From the NCBI GenBank assembly GCA_965649765.1, contig OZ287755.1, forward strand, positions 57,164,001 to 57,228,000: DNA of 64,000 nt. The letters run 5' to 3'. Source of the DNA: Bispira polyomma. Lineage: Eukaryota. The translations under genes were made by a program, and so were the position numbers. Under the pieces are notes generated by a model that saw only the letters and a program-made list of their open reading frames with translations, searched no databases and was not told the origin of the DNA. This document shows, one piece after another, positions 37,606 through 50,752 of this stretch (position 1 is the stretch's first letter; each line of letters opens with the position of its first letter).

Positions 37606-40600
37606 ATGTATTAGACAATCAGTTGTAATAAAACAATTACAATGTACTAGATCCTGGGATCAGTATAATACTGATTATTGAGCACTTTGCAGCATATAAG
37701 GTTATGGATAAAATAATTACTTGAGCACTTTGTAGCATATTAAGTTATGGATAAAATAATACTGGCACACATAAAAGAACAACCAAACCAACATTTGTGA
37801 CAGACCTATGATTGTGATGCTAACACGTTTAACCACTAGGCCACCATCACACCTCTATTCAAAGTAAAAGTAAATAGTGGGGTAGATGACTAGGATTCTT
37901 TGTCATGGGTCCTACTTCCAGTTTTAGGAACCTTGAGGAACCTAAAAATGCTCTTTCTCAAGTGTCAGTAATCTGTAAGTCGACTGCCAATTACCAATAC
38001 AGATTGACTGTACTTGTCCAGTGAAGACAGGTTTACTGAGTTTAATGGAGATAAATGAGAAATTGTACCTAATTAGAAAGATAATACAGCACTGATACCT
38101 TCTTAGGTCACAATAGTAATTAACAATACATAGACAGTTTAAGATATAGATATAGAACAGTATGGAAGATATGGAAGCGTGTTGTATAAAAAGATACTTT
38201 GGGAACCTTGATAAATGTTCATCATCCAACCATTTTAGTCCAGAGGTTGTTGGTGACTGTACTTGTGTAGACAAGACAAAGTTAATTAGTACTTTGAGTG
38301 GAAGCAATAAGGAGATACTGTGGTGAACATATTTTTTTTAAAAAACAACATTAAGTAAGTAGCTTTATGAAATTAAATATCCTGACAAATATGATAAAAA
38401 ATGTATAAATTAAGTTTCCCCTTTACCTTGCCAGAATCTTCATCTAAAGTACATGTGGGGTAAGTTGTGTGTTACACAATTGGGAACTAAACTACAATAT
38501 GCGTGTTACACAATTGGGAACTAATCCACAATGTGCTCTACCTAAATGGTCAGTTTTGTCTTTCTTTTACTTCATTTCATGCACAACCAAAGACTGTAAA
38601 GGTTGATGTGATGTTTTATTGGTCGAAGAACAAGATTAGGGGTAGTTGTTCCAGAAAGCAATCAGAAAAAAATGAAATGAACATGAACTCAGAGTTACCA
38701 TAACGCAGATTCAACCACATCTACCCATCGAATCCAACTCACACACACATACAAACACACAGCCAACCAAACATCTACCCATCCGCACACACTTCCTTAC
38801 CTGGATGATGACACATAATACTTTTATTCTTTCTCGACCATTGACATGATATTTCCTTTCAATTATTGTTTTTCTTCATCTGCCCGCGTGAAGGCTCCTT
38901 TTGCTACATAAAATGTTTTCATTTTTGAAATGATACAGCAGTCTTATTAAATTGTCGTCAATGTCATGAGTTACTCCTTGTTCAAAGCTTATGTAATATT
39001 GTTGGCTCTTAACAGTAGGAACCGGTTAATTAAATTAAATTTAATCTATAGTGTCACTTTACCATTGCATAACTAAGGCCAAAAATGGCAAGATTGTATC
39101 TGAAAATAACAAACAATTTGATAACAGTGTCATTTCAGAAAATTGTGGTAATTTTTTTTCTTTACAACACATGTCAGAGATTTTAAAGTTTTTTTTAACC
39201 ATTTCACAGAGGTTTCATTTTGGCCCTTGTCTGATTCTTTGTTTCTTTGTCACCAGCAGCCGTATTATGGAAAAAACTTCAAAATCAGACTCAACTAAAT
39301 TTGCTATACTCGAGCACATTTTTACTCAAGCTTGGCTGATATAAATACATGCTTAAACATGCAATGCTTATCTAATTGTCTTCAAAACATGGTTTGATCT
39401 TGCTAACTTTGGTTAATTACATTGATTTTTCTTATATGTCGATACACTATTAGTCTATTACAATTAATCATGCTATTTCAGATCTGGAAAGGTTAAAATT
39501 GTGCCCCAGATGTTTGTGTTGGGACCACTCACTATATATTGTCTCTGTATACCACACCCCTCAGTAAAATTATTTTCCTCCTAGTTATTTAAAGTATCAT
39601 GTCTATGCTGAAACACACATATGTATGTTCATTTTACCCTAAGCACATAAGCGGGTGCCTTTGAACAAATTCAGGAATACTTTATAGATGTTCAGAACAG
39701 GATGACCTGAAACAGAGGCTAAAGCTGAACCCATTTAAGACTGAATTTATTAAGCTTTACTGCTCAGCGTGCAGAACTATTCTTGGTACATTACTCTGAT
39801 AAACACACATTCTAGATTCTAGATGGTAGCCATCACCTCGGTTCAATTATAGAATGATAGGAGTAACGTGTAATGGTGGTCCTCTGTCTTAAGGGTGGCA
39901 AACACCAATGGGAAGCTAAAGAATGTTAATAAATAGTAATCCTCAAACCCCCCCCCCCCACCCCACCCCCCCCCCCCCGCCCTGTCTTAAGTCTTAATTG
40001 ATGACAATACTAGTTACTGCCTTCAGAAACCAAAGTGAAATGACATACTTCACTGGGCATATGTTTGACTAAGTGTTCATTCTCATATACGGGGCTTGCG
40101 ACATCCGACGCACGATTTGCGATTGCGACATCCGACGTGGGTATTCTCATGTGAGCGACACAGGGTGGTACATTTAGATCCAGATCGCAGCAATATGTAT
40201 AGAGGAATACATATTGAAGGAAAAAATGGCGGACAAAAGCAAGGCCTTATTATGTGCTAATGAGGAAATTAACGGAATGCTTGCATTGATGATGCTTTAT
40301 ATTAAATGCAAACATAAAAAAAAGCAGGCCAAGAAACTTAGATTCTGGGTACACAATATTATTAAAGGAAGAAAGCAATTTGGAGTCTACCATCACCTTG
40401 TAAGTGAGCTCAGACTGGATGAAGTTCAGTTCAAAGCATATTTTAGGTAAATATTAACTGCATTTCATTTTTTTTTTTTGTATAAAATGTTGTGGTATAT
40501 AACAAATACAGTAAACAAGTCATATCACCGGTGATCATATCACCTAGCAACTACATGGTTGATGTACTATACAACACGTAATAAAACACCAACTAATCTC

Positions 40601-40887
40601 CAAACACTTATGGTTATGACTAAAGTCACAAGATTTACCGATGTACTGAGGCTTTTACTTCAATGTGGCTTCTGTTAAAATACTGCATACACATGTACAG
40701 GAGAGTTGTCAGCCTTTGTAGTTCAGGGTAATTGAGCCTATCAACAAATAACACACAAAATCTCTCTTCGGTAGCAATTAAATTCTATGCGTTTTACTTT
40801 ACAATCTCACTATACATTTATACATATGAGCAGGTCTTGGTTTATGCTGTTCTAAATGAAGTGTTTTAAAAATCTACCAAGAAATAA

Positions 40888-42171
40888 AGTGCAGTCCCAG
40901 CAAGGACCTCTAAACAGGATTACAACCTTGTCTCCCCCGTATCTCAAAAACTCTCATTATTAGATCTGCGTGCAGCTTTAAAGCAAGAACTAGTCCCTCT
41001 GCGTTCAGAAATTGATGGTATTAAACTGAAACTTGATATAGTAGAAAAAATATTAAGCGGTGACATTGAGGATGTAAAAAATTGCATTCTTAAGGTTACT
41101 GAAAGACTTGATTCTGTGAATGATTCCTTCAAAGCTAAGATAGAATTTCTTGAAGAAGAAAATAAGGATCTCCACATGAAACAGATACAGGCTACCACTA
41201 ACATAAATGAACTGACAAATAGACTGATAAATCTTGAGTACCACATGAGGCGAGATAACTTAAAATTTTTAAATATAAATCTTCCCAACTCAACACCCCA
41301 TCATCCAGAAGACTGTGAGTCAATCATCCTTCACATATGCCAAGACCATGGAATTGTCCTAGAAAGAAGGGACATTGTCAGAGCTCATCGTGTTGGTCCT
41401 ACTGCTAACAACAAGAGGGCTATCATAGTGAAGCTTAACCATTTCAAGGATAAGATGAAAATTCTCAAATTAAAAAGTGCTTTTCGTGAAAATGGAATAC
41501 AAATAGTTGAGGACTATCCACCAGAAGTTGTTAGTCGCCGAAAGACCTTCAGATCAGTCCTTCAAACTGCCTTTGCGTCCAATGGAAAATATAAGGCAAA
41601 GTTAGAATTTGACAAGCTTGTTTTAAATGGAAGACATTACAGTGTTGATGAACTTGACAAACTCCCCGTAGACCTTCAGCCGCAATATTTAGCAACTGTT
41701 TCCAAAAACAACATCACTGCCTTTTTCACAGACCAGTCACCACGGTCAAATCATCACCCTCGCAAATTTGAAGTTCAAAATCAACAATTCTCATCAGTAG
41801 AACAGTTTTTCATGTATCAGAAGGCCTCTCACTTTCATGATGACAGCACAGCTAATGACATACTGCGTAGCTCAGACCCAAAAAGAGCGAAGTTCCTTGG
41901 AAAACATGTCAACAATTTTGACATGTCCACATGGCTGCCGGTATGTGACAAATACATGAAAACTGGCCTCACAGCAAAATTTGACCAAAATCCTCAGCTA
42001 GCAAAGTTTCTGAAGGACACCGGATCTACACATATTGTGGAAGCCAATCCATACGACCTATATTGGGGTGCAGGCCTTTCCTTGACCAATGAAGACATTT
42101 GGCACATCCCAAGGTGGAAAGGTAAAAATACCCTTGGTTTACTGTTAGAAGAACTACGTAAAAATATGTGA
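40888..42171 (+). CDS. L1 ORF1p (coiled coil, RRM, CTD) fused to a C-terminal NADAR/YbiA-like domain (~41716-42168)
   Basis: Frame open from ~40888. LEYHMRRDNLKF, IVRAHRVG, AIIVKL and EDYPPEV are L1 ORF1p motifs. These are followed by FF....SNHHP, SVEQFFMYQKA, PKRAKFLGKHV, AKFDQNPQL, VEANPYDLYWGAG and GKNTLGLLLEELR (NADAR motifs). Start codon not resolved. Confidence 0.9.
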   Translation, partial: SAVPARTSKQDYNLVSPVSQKLSLLDLRAALKQELVPLRSEIDGIKLKLDIVEKILSGDIEDVKNCILKVTERLDSVNDSFKAKIEFLEEENKDLHMKQIQATTNINELTNRLINLEYHMRRDNLKFLNINLPNSTPHHPEDCESIILHICQDHGIVLERRDIVRAHRVGPTANNKRAIIVKLNHFKDKMKILKLKSAFRENGIQIVEDYPPEVVSRRKTFRSVLQTAFASNGKYKAKLEFDKLVLNGRHYSVDELDKLPVDLQPQYLATVSKNNITAFFTDQSPRSNHHPRKFEVQNQQFSSVEQFFMYQKASHFHDDSTANDILRSSDPKRAKFLGKHVNNFDMSTWLPVCDKYMKTGLTAKFDQNPQLAKFLKDTGSTHIVEANPYDLYWGAGLSLTNEDIWHIPRWKGKNTLGLLLEELRKNM

Positions 42172-42179
42172 GTGCTAAT

Positions 42180-43020
42180 TTTATTAGCTAGTGCTGTTAT
42201 AAACATTATACTGGTAATATAGTGCTAATTCAAACATTTTACTGACAATATAGTGCTAGTACAAACTTTTTACTGACTATGTAGTGCTTCTATAAACATT
42301 TCTTTGACTAATGTTGCGCAAATATTTTATTGTCTATTGCTTACCTAAAACCCCTTGTACTTGTAAACTTATTAAGTGGACAAAATATGTTCTTTTGTTG
42401 ATTATCTATTACTCATAGCCTTTGTGCATACTACAAACAAAATTAATTCATAGTATTCTTATGGAGCAGTTATGTTTTTTTACTCAATGAATTGTGTATA
42501 TATTTTACAATAATTATGATTATTGACACTAATTTTTTAGTTACTTTTTTGGACCAACAATTTATATGAGATGACATTTATCTGTGATGTTAATCAGTAA
42601 TAGAATACTGCATGTTTTGGGGGTTTTCTAAAAACTACTATAAGCTTAAGTAGATATTACTTAATGAAGTATATACTTCAACAGAGTATTGTAACCTTAT
42701 TCAGTAATTGTTTAGCTAACATAGCTGATCCTTGATCCCAGCTATTCTATAGGTAGCTCAACCAGTATGACCTGCTATATGTTTCATTTATGTTTGCTTT
42801 TTTTGTACAGTTTTGTTCTAGTTTGTTTAAAACCTACTTCTTATTCTCCATTTGTATGTATATTCTTTGATATATTTTCTCTGTTTAAAAGGAGTTACAA
42901 CATGTTCTTCATTTCAATACCTCACATTATCAGTAATAATGTTCAGTTCTTCATTTCAGTAACTCACACTAGCAGTAATAATGTTCAGTTCTTCATTTCA
43001 ATACCCCACAATTGCAGTGG
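42180..43020 (+). repeat. Short tandem repeats in the inter-ORF spacer
   Basis: ~30-bp unit TAGTGCT..AAACATT..ACTG about 4 times (42185-42310); ~42-bp unit GTTCTTCATTTCA..CACA..CAGTAATAATGTTCA about 3 times (42900-43020). Confidence 0.7.
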
Positions 43021-43082
43021 TAATATTAATAATTCTTTCTTTACAGAAAGCAGATATGGAGCTCTTACGTGTTTAAGTAAAA

Positions 43083-46000
43083 ATGGTATTGGATAACATA
43101 ATTAGGGTATCATCAGCAAATGTTCAGGGTATCAGGAATAAAGAAAAGAGGCATGATGTAATAAGTTACTTAATGAACAGTAATACCAATATCCTCTGTC
43201 TACAGGATACACATTTGTTACCTTCAGACAAAAAATATCTCAAGTCATCATTTGACTTTGAATTTTTTTTGCATGGTACTAAGACCAATTCTCGTGGGGT
43301 TTTAGTAGCTTTTAAAAACAATTTTGAATATAAAATAAAACATGTAGAAAATGACACAGATGGAAATCTGCTTTTAATAGACATACAACTGAACAGTATG
43401 TCAGTAAGATTAATAAATATTTATGCACCAAATAATGATAGCCCTGAATTCTTTCATAAAATAAGAGACTATGTTGTAGATTCAACTGAAACTTATATTT
43501 TGCTATGTGGTGATTTTAATTTGGTCCTGAACCCAATATTAGACAGCTATAACTATGTTAACATCAATAACCCACAATCAAGGACAGCCATATTAGAGCT
43601 AATGTCAACTCACAATTTAAATGATGCTTTTAGACAATTAAACCCAGTCACTAAAAGATATACTTGGCGTCGACGTAACCCGATTAAACAAGCACGATTA
43701 GATTATTTCATTGTTTTAAATACCCTAACTGATATAGTTCACAGTTGTGTTATCAAACCTGGTTATAGGAGTGACCACTCTGTTCTAGATATTAACATTA
43801 TTATTGATAAATTTGAAAGAGGTAAGGGAATATGGCGTCTCAATTGTAGTCACTTGAAAAATTCTAATTACATTGATACAATAAATGGAGCAATTAATGA
43901 AGTGAAAATTCAGTATGCATTACCAATATACAATATAGAAAACATTAGCCTTGTAAATGACTCCGATATTCAATTTACTATTCCTGATAGTACTTTTTTA
44001 GAGATGTTACTTTTGAAAATTAGAGGTGAAACTATCAAGTTTTCTTCTCAGTTAAAGAAGAAGAATAACCTTAATGAAAACAAATTACAGCAAGAAATAG
44101 AATTTATTGAAAATAACAATGACCCCCAACAACATGATGTGCTCACAGGAAAGAAACATGAATTGGAAACTTTGAGAGAATTGAAAAATTCCGGTCACTT
44201 AATAAGGTCAAGAGTGCAAAATTTATTGTACAATGAAAAACCAACAAGATATTTTTGCACCTTAGAGAAAAAAAACTATGTTGACAAAACGATTAGAAAA
44301 CTTACTGCAGCTAATGGAGAGTTGATAACCTCTCAGAAAGAGATATTAAATCATGTGAAAGAGTTTTATGCCAACGTTTATCGCAACAGAGATAATTCAT
44401 TACAAGAAATAGATCTTGATAACCTGATTGCAAATAACCATGCAAATATTTTGACAAAAACTGAATCTGATTCAATAAATGGTTTGGTTACAATAGAAGA
44501 ATTAGGTAAAGCCCTTAAACAGATGAAAAACAATAACAATATAATGTTTTACAATATAATGGTTTACCAGCAGACTTCTATAAGGTTTTCTGGTGTAAAT
44601 TAAAATTCTTTATCTTACGTGCAATAAATGAGAGCTATGACAAGGAAATTATGCCTTTTAGTCTGCGACAAGTTGTAATAAATTGCATTCCAAAAGGAGA
44701 CAAATCCAGAGATCAATTAAAAAACTGGCGCCCAATATCATTGACAAGTGTTTGTATAAATTAGCAACTAGTGTTATAGCTTCAAGAATAAAATGAGTTT
44801 TGTCTAAGCTGATATCAACAACACAAACCGGTTTTATTGAGGGTAGATTTATTGGAGAAACAACTCGCCTAGTATATGATATAATGGAATACACAGAAAT
44901 TAATAATATAGATGGGTTATTGATGCTAATTGACTTTGAAAAGGCTTTTGATTCGATCTCGTGGAAATTTATGTATTTGGTTTTAAAAAAATTTGGTTTT
45001 GGTTACGATTTAATAAAATGGGTTAAACTATTTAACACTGAAATTAAAGCCTTTGTTCTTCAAGTAGGAGTACTTTTCAAATTTTTCAACATAGAAAGAG
45101 GCTGCAAACAAGGTGATCCTTTGGCACCTTATCTGTTCATACTATGTAGTCAAGTATTATATTTATTAATCCAACACGATTCTAAGATTAAAGGTATTAC
45201 CATAAAAGATCAAGAATTTAAAATAACCCAATTTGCTGATGATACCGCCTTAATGTTGGATGGTTCTGAGAGTTCCTTATCTGCTACTTTAAATGTTTTA
45301 GAAATATTTGGTACAATGTCAGGTTTAAAGATGAACACAACAAAATCAAAGATGATATGGATTGGAAGGAAAAAAACATTGTAGAGATAAACTGCATTCA
45401 AAATTTTATTTTGAGTGGAATTGTGAAACGTTTTCATTGCTTGGACTAGAGTTTGACATTGATTTAGGAAAGATACCTGACATTAATTATGCTAAAGCCC
45501 TAGCCAAGATTAAAAAATTGATATCAGCCTGGAATAAACGGACACTAACACCTCTTGGAAAAGTAACAGTTATAAAAACATTGATTTTATCAAAATTGGA
45601 TCATTTATTTATGGCTATCTCTCTACCAAATAGGGATTTCTATAAACACATAAATGCACTCCTTTATAACTTCATATGAGAAGGAAAACCAGAGAAAATA
45701 TCTCGTGTACAGATGAATCAAAAATATGTTGACGGTGGATTAAAAATGATAAATATTGAACATTTTGTAAAGGCCCTAAAGAGTACATGGATTAGAAGAC
45801 TGATTATATCACAAAATTCACAGTGGTCCAAACTTTTGAGTTGATACATTTGACCATTGCAAAGATTACCCATTTTGGTCATTACTGGTTGAAAATATTG
45901 ACATCAAGGACTCAAAATCATTTTTGGCAGGACATTTTCCAAATTGTTTCTTCTCATTCTCTAGACAGTACTTGTCAAAGTGCTCAGCATATCTTGCGAA

Positions 46001-46911
46001 CTCCAATATGGTACAATGAGACTATTAGTAAAACAAATCTCTTTAAGTCGAGATGGTATCAAAAAGGAATTACAGTTGTAGGAGACCTTGTACAGAATGG
46101 CAGTATGTTAAGTAAAGAGATGTTGGAGTCATTTTATAACCTTCCTGTCATTAATTTTATTGAATACTACCAAGTAAAAGCCGATCTGCTTCAGTTTATA
46201 AAGAAATCAAACGTGAATTTATCTTCTGATCTTGAAAGACCCTTTATTCCAGTACATTTATCAATACTGCTTAAAAGTAAAAAGGGTTGCAAAGATATAT
46301 ATAACGCTATGAATAAATCTTACGTAGAAAGCAAATACAAATTAAAATGGAATAAAGATGTAAATATGAATATTGATACTACCACTTGGAAAAGAATATT
46401 TTATATATGTTTCAACACTGTAAAAGATAATAAATTCATTTGGTATCAATATAAAATTTTGCATCGCATACTTGGAACAAGAAAACCTTTATTCAAAATG
46501 TCTATTTCTGAATCAGAGTCATGCAGATTGTGCAACTCTAACACTGAAACCCTGCTTCATTTGTTCACGCAATGCCAGCATGTAAAAAAAATATGGAAAG
46601 ACTTACAACTATGGATAAAAATGTCATTAAACACTGATCTGAATATTACCTCAGAAGAAATATTATTCGGTTACTTATTGAAAGATGCAATGTTCCTTCC
46701 AATTAATATCATATTCTTTGTAACCAAATACTATATCTACTCCTGTACCAGAAATAGCACATCTTTAAACTTTGATATCTTAAGAAAAAAACTTACATAT
46801 ATGTATGAATGTGAATATTATCTATATAAAGAGAACAATCAAGAAAATTTGTTTAATGAGGTATGGTCACGATTTTCTAATATGTTTGACTACAATCCAG
46901 TAAGTGATTAA
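43083..46911 (+). pseudogene. L1 ORF2: APE endonuclease, RT and C-terminal CCHC knuckle (disrupted)
   Basis: SANVQG, LQDTH, GDFN, SDH; LIDFEKAFD, QGDPL, QFADD; CRLC...ETLLHLFTQC. Frameshifts or stops near 44550, 44750-44795, 45370, 45677 and 45830. Confidence 0.95.
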
Positions 46912-48121
46912 CAGGTATGAAATGCAAAATTGACTGTTAAGATATGTGTAAGTTAACCATTATTGATAAGATAAATCATTCCATTTATATGTATAGCAAA
47001 TTACCTTGTTAACCATTGTGTTATTTGTAATGTATTTAAATATCAGAAATAAAGTGCAATTGTGGACAAATAATAATGGATACCAATAAATAGTTTTATT
47101 TAGATAATAAAATGTATGATTGCAACCTTCTAAATAGTTATTATGTTTGAAAATTACTTTAGAAAAATATGGTATTATTGTCAAAGTTGAACCATGCTGT
47201 GCATGATTTGCAAGGTAAATTTATTGTAGGAAAACATCTTTATTATGTGTTTTTTGCCTGACTGGTGTAAGAAAAGCTGCAAAGAAACTAAATCCTACAT
47301 GGGATTTAAATTTCATTCCACCTATAAATTTGGATATAGCTGTGTCTCTTTCGACCTTTTTTATAAATGTCTTTGTGTCAAGTTATTGTACATACAAAAA
47401 AAAAGTTTTCTGTAATGACAGCGAGCATATGTTTTAAATCTCCAGTGAACTTGTTGTATTATTATGGTGAAAGATCTTACAAAGATTCCTTTATTTTAAA
47501 TTAACCAGAGAACAGTTTGACAGGTGTTGTACCAAAAAGAAGGTACTATTGCAAAGATCAGTCTCACAAGAGAAAGTATTTCTCCAAAGGAAAGGTTGGC
47601 AATATGTTTAAGGTAGATATACTCTGACATTTTTTTCAGTAATTACCAAATGCTGACAAATAAATTGTTCACAACAATACAAAATAAATGCAATTTATTG
47701 CAGGTTTACAAACTGATGTCAATTTGAATGTAAATGTAGCGAAAATTTTGTATATTTCATTGATTATTATTCAGTCTCATGGCATACATACAACCATTCA
47801 TAACTATTTTGTATATCTTGATACAAAGGTGAAACTACAGTTGAAAATAAACCTTTATTTTATTGCAAAGAACATGTAAAAAACAATTAAAAAGGCACAA
47901 ATGAAAAAAAAAACACAAAAAAATCCAGATAAATCTTTGCAGAATGATTTCTTTAAATTGTTTTTTGTATGACTCCTCCAATTAGCAGAGCAGGTCGGTG
48001 CTAAGTTGAATTACGCCTTTCAAGAACCAATTTTGTTAGGCCAGTACTTCAAAATAGTACTTCTATATTAGGTAACAAATGCTATGGATATAGGATATTC
48101 GACTTGTGGTAACAAAGTTTT

Positions 48122-50752
48122 TTATTGTAAGGATGTCATGGTATTGGTGAACAAAGATCCTGTCTCACCTAAACTTATACTTGTGGGGTGTGTGGGAGAA
48201 ACAGATATGCTTTGGTTACCAAAGCTGGGGAATACTGAGAGATTTGTTCCAGAGGAAATGGCCATGTTACTGGTTTGAGCTTGCAGATTGTTGCTTTCAA
48301 TAAAAGGAAGGTTGCTTGCTGTAGGGAAAAGAACAGTGGTGGCTGAAAATGGCAATTGTACTGTTTGAGGCATCTGAAAATTGAATGCCTCGGCATGGTT
48401 CTGGCCCATCTGTTGTTCTTGAATTTCGAGCACTTCAGTTTCTGCCTTGTAAAAAAATTTTGAATTTAAGATGTGAGGCTTTCCTTGGGGGCAACTTGCC
48501 CATACTTTTGGCATAACTAAGGAAGAGAAGTTCTTTTTCGCTCTTTTCTTCACACAAAGCTTGATCAACTTTGTGCCCCCTTCTCTTTTTGGAGCTGTAA
48601 TAGATCTGCAATCGCTTCGTCCATCACCTGCTTTGATGCACCTGCTTTATTTCGTATTTTTGGGGCCTTCCCTTCACTTGGAGTACTTGTTCTCCTCTTT
48701 GAGAGTATCCTTTTGGGTGTAGTGCCATCGCAAGGCTGTGTGGCATTAATTTGACTTAATATTGTGTTGTTTGCCTCACCATTAATTTCAATGGAATCTC
48801 TAAAAAAATAAATACACAAAATATACTTATTTTACCATTTGGACCATTTAATATAGTACATGCAGAGGTAGTATCAATTTATTTTTTTATTTTTATTCTT
48901 CCTAGTTTGTTTGATCTTTTACAGGGACCTTGCAACTGGAGAATCATATAAATCACTATATTTCAAATATAAATGGCAATTTCCAAATTGCATTGGCGCA
49001 TTGGATAGCAAACATGTAGTTATGAAAGCTCGAAGAAACAGTGGTTCCCTTTTACTTTAACTACAAGGGCACCATATCAATGGTGTTGATGGTCATGGCA
49101 GATGCCAATTTGAAATTCATTTACGTAGATATTGGGGGATTTGGCAGGAACAGTGATGGAGGAACATTTGCTGAATCAAATCTTGGAAAAGGACTGGCAT
49201 CAAACAGACTAAGAATTCCACCTGACACGGCCTTACCAGAAGCACCTGAATTTGGGAGATTGCCTTATACCATAGTTGCAGATGAGGCTTTCCCACTTAC
49301 TTACCACATGATGAGACCATACCCAGGCAAATCAAGTGGCCGAGCAGAAAGAGCGTTCAATTACCGCCTCTCCAGAGCTCGGAGAATCATTGAGTGCACA
49401 TTGGGAATTTTGGCTGCAACATGGCGCATTTACCACACAAAAATTGCCATTGCACCAGAAAGGTTAAAAGTTGTGGTCAAAGCAACACTTGTGTTACACA
49501 ATTTATTGCAGGTGGCCAGCACAGAAGTTACAGCACAGATGGAGGAAGAATAACAGGGAGAAACAGATATGCTACAAAATATCCAGCATACGGGGAACCG
49601 GGGTGCAAAAGATGCAATTGCAGTGAGAGATAAGATCAAAGATTATCTGAATGCTTACAAATTACCTTGGCAGGACAGCTATCTTGATCGGGGATTGAAT
49701 ATTTAATATTTGTATTCATACAAAATGACAATTGACACAGTACATGTAACTAATTTATTTTAATTATACATACGCTGACAATGTCTCCTCAGTGTTGACA
49801 GTTGGATCATCAGGGATTTCACTCAGGTCCTGACTTTCAGTGTCCAAGTTTTCAGATTCTTCCTTATCTAGTTGCAAGTTACATTCAGTGCTGAAACAAA
49901 AAGAAAAACTTTTTTGGTAAGGTATATTTTTATTGTCAAAATAATAAAAAAAATCTTTTTAATTGAGATGAATTTTTCATGATCTTTTTTAAGCATACCG
50001 AAACTTTTAGGTGATGTGTGCATGGCTATATTCAGAAGTACTCACTCTGCTTCTTCCATAAATGGCAACAGAAATTCTAGCATCTTGAAAAATGGCCATG
50101 TAATTGGCTTAGTAGTTGCCTGCCCACTCTTTTTGTTTTTTTGAGCTATGAGGTTCCTCTTGAAGGTGTCTCTGATATTCCTTTACTTCCATTTACAGGT
50201 CTCTGCTGAATAAATATACATCGGTTACATTTATCATTAAAAGATTATCATATGGACTCATGGAGTGGATAGCCCTTGTGTAATTTATAATTAGTGGATA
50301 CAAATTTATGATCCACTTTGTAAAGAAGAAACACACCATCAGAATTACAACCCAAAAATACAGTTTTTCTCATTTAATGTAAACTGATATAACATTGAAC
50401 ACCATAAAAAACACACATGTATAACTTTACATTTACCCAATTAAATGTGATAGAAAATGCTATACATAGGAATGTACTAAATAGGGGGGTTTTGAAACTC
50501 ACTTTTTACAACTACTAAAACACCAATTTTAGTCTTGTACTTATTACACAAGGCATAAGCATGGTAATGAACACAGTACTTACCTGGATATTCAAGGTTG
50601 TCGGCTATTTTTTGCCAAATGTTGTCACTTTTAGGCTTGTCCCTGTACTCTTTGGATGTAATATTATACAGTGATGGATTCTCGGGTACTAATATTATAA
50701 GCTGCTCAATTTTTATCTTTGAAAAGGTAGGTTTCTTGCCTGATTTTGACAT
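48122..50752 (-). pseudogene. Harbinger Myb/SANT-like (MADF) DNA-binding gene, 4 exons (50752-50584, 50205-50046, 49890-49774, 48799-48122)
   Basis: LIILVPENPSLYN..YRDK....IWQKIA, then CKWK*RNIRDTFKR..SGQ..WPFFKMLEFL, an acidic linker and a C-terminal region. Donors GTAAGT, GTGAGT, GTATGT with pyrimidine-AG acceptors; phases 1, 2, 2 are consistent. Confidence 0.85.

Larger units (their letters stand above)
40700..47100 (+). mobile_element. Near full-length L1/Tx1-type LINE with ORF1p-NADAR fusion
   Basis: ORF1 ~40890-42171, ~910-nt spacer, ORF2 43083-46911. Ends approximate; no TSD resolved. Confidence 0.93.
40226..49706 (+). pseudogene. Harbinger DDE transposase, 3 exons (40226-40446, ~47500-47612, 48925-49706)
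   Basis: RFWVH..GVYHHLVSELR..YFR, then LTREQFD..ISPKERLAICLR, then DLATGESYKSL, FPNCIGALDSKH, YFNYKG, SDGG, ADEAFPL, FNYRLSRARRIIE and PWQ. Both introns are phase 2. Exon 2 acceptor mutated to AA; deletion, frameshifts and premature stop at 49551. Confidence 0.9.

Noticed and set aside
41716-42168. Bacterial contamination or a stand-alone ybiA gene
   Set aside because: In frame with L1 ORF1p, same composition as its flanks, inside a eukaryotic intron, and mirrored by a second LINE.
40690-47405. TSD and poly(A) tail for the L1-NADAR element
   Set aside because: Candidate A-run at ~47396 and AATAAA at ~47048, but no convincing flanking duplication found by eye; ends left approximate.
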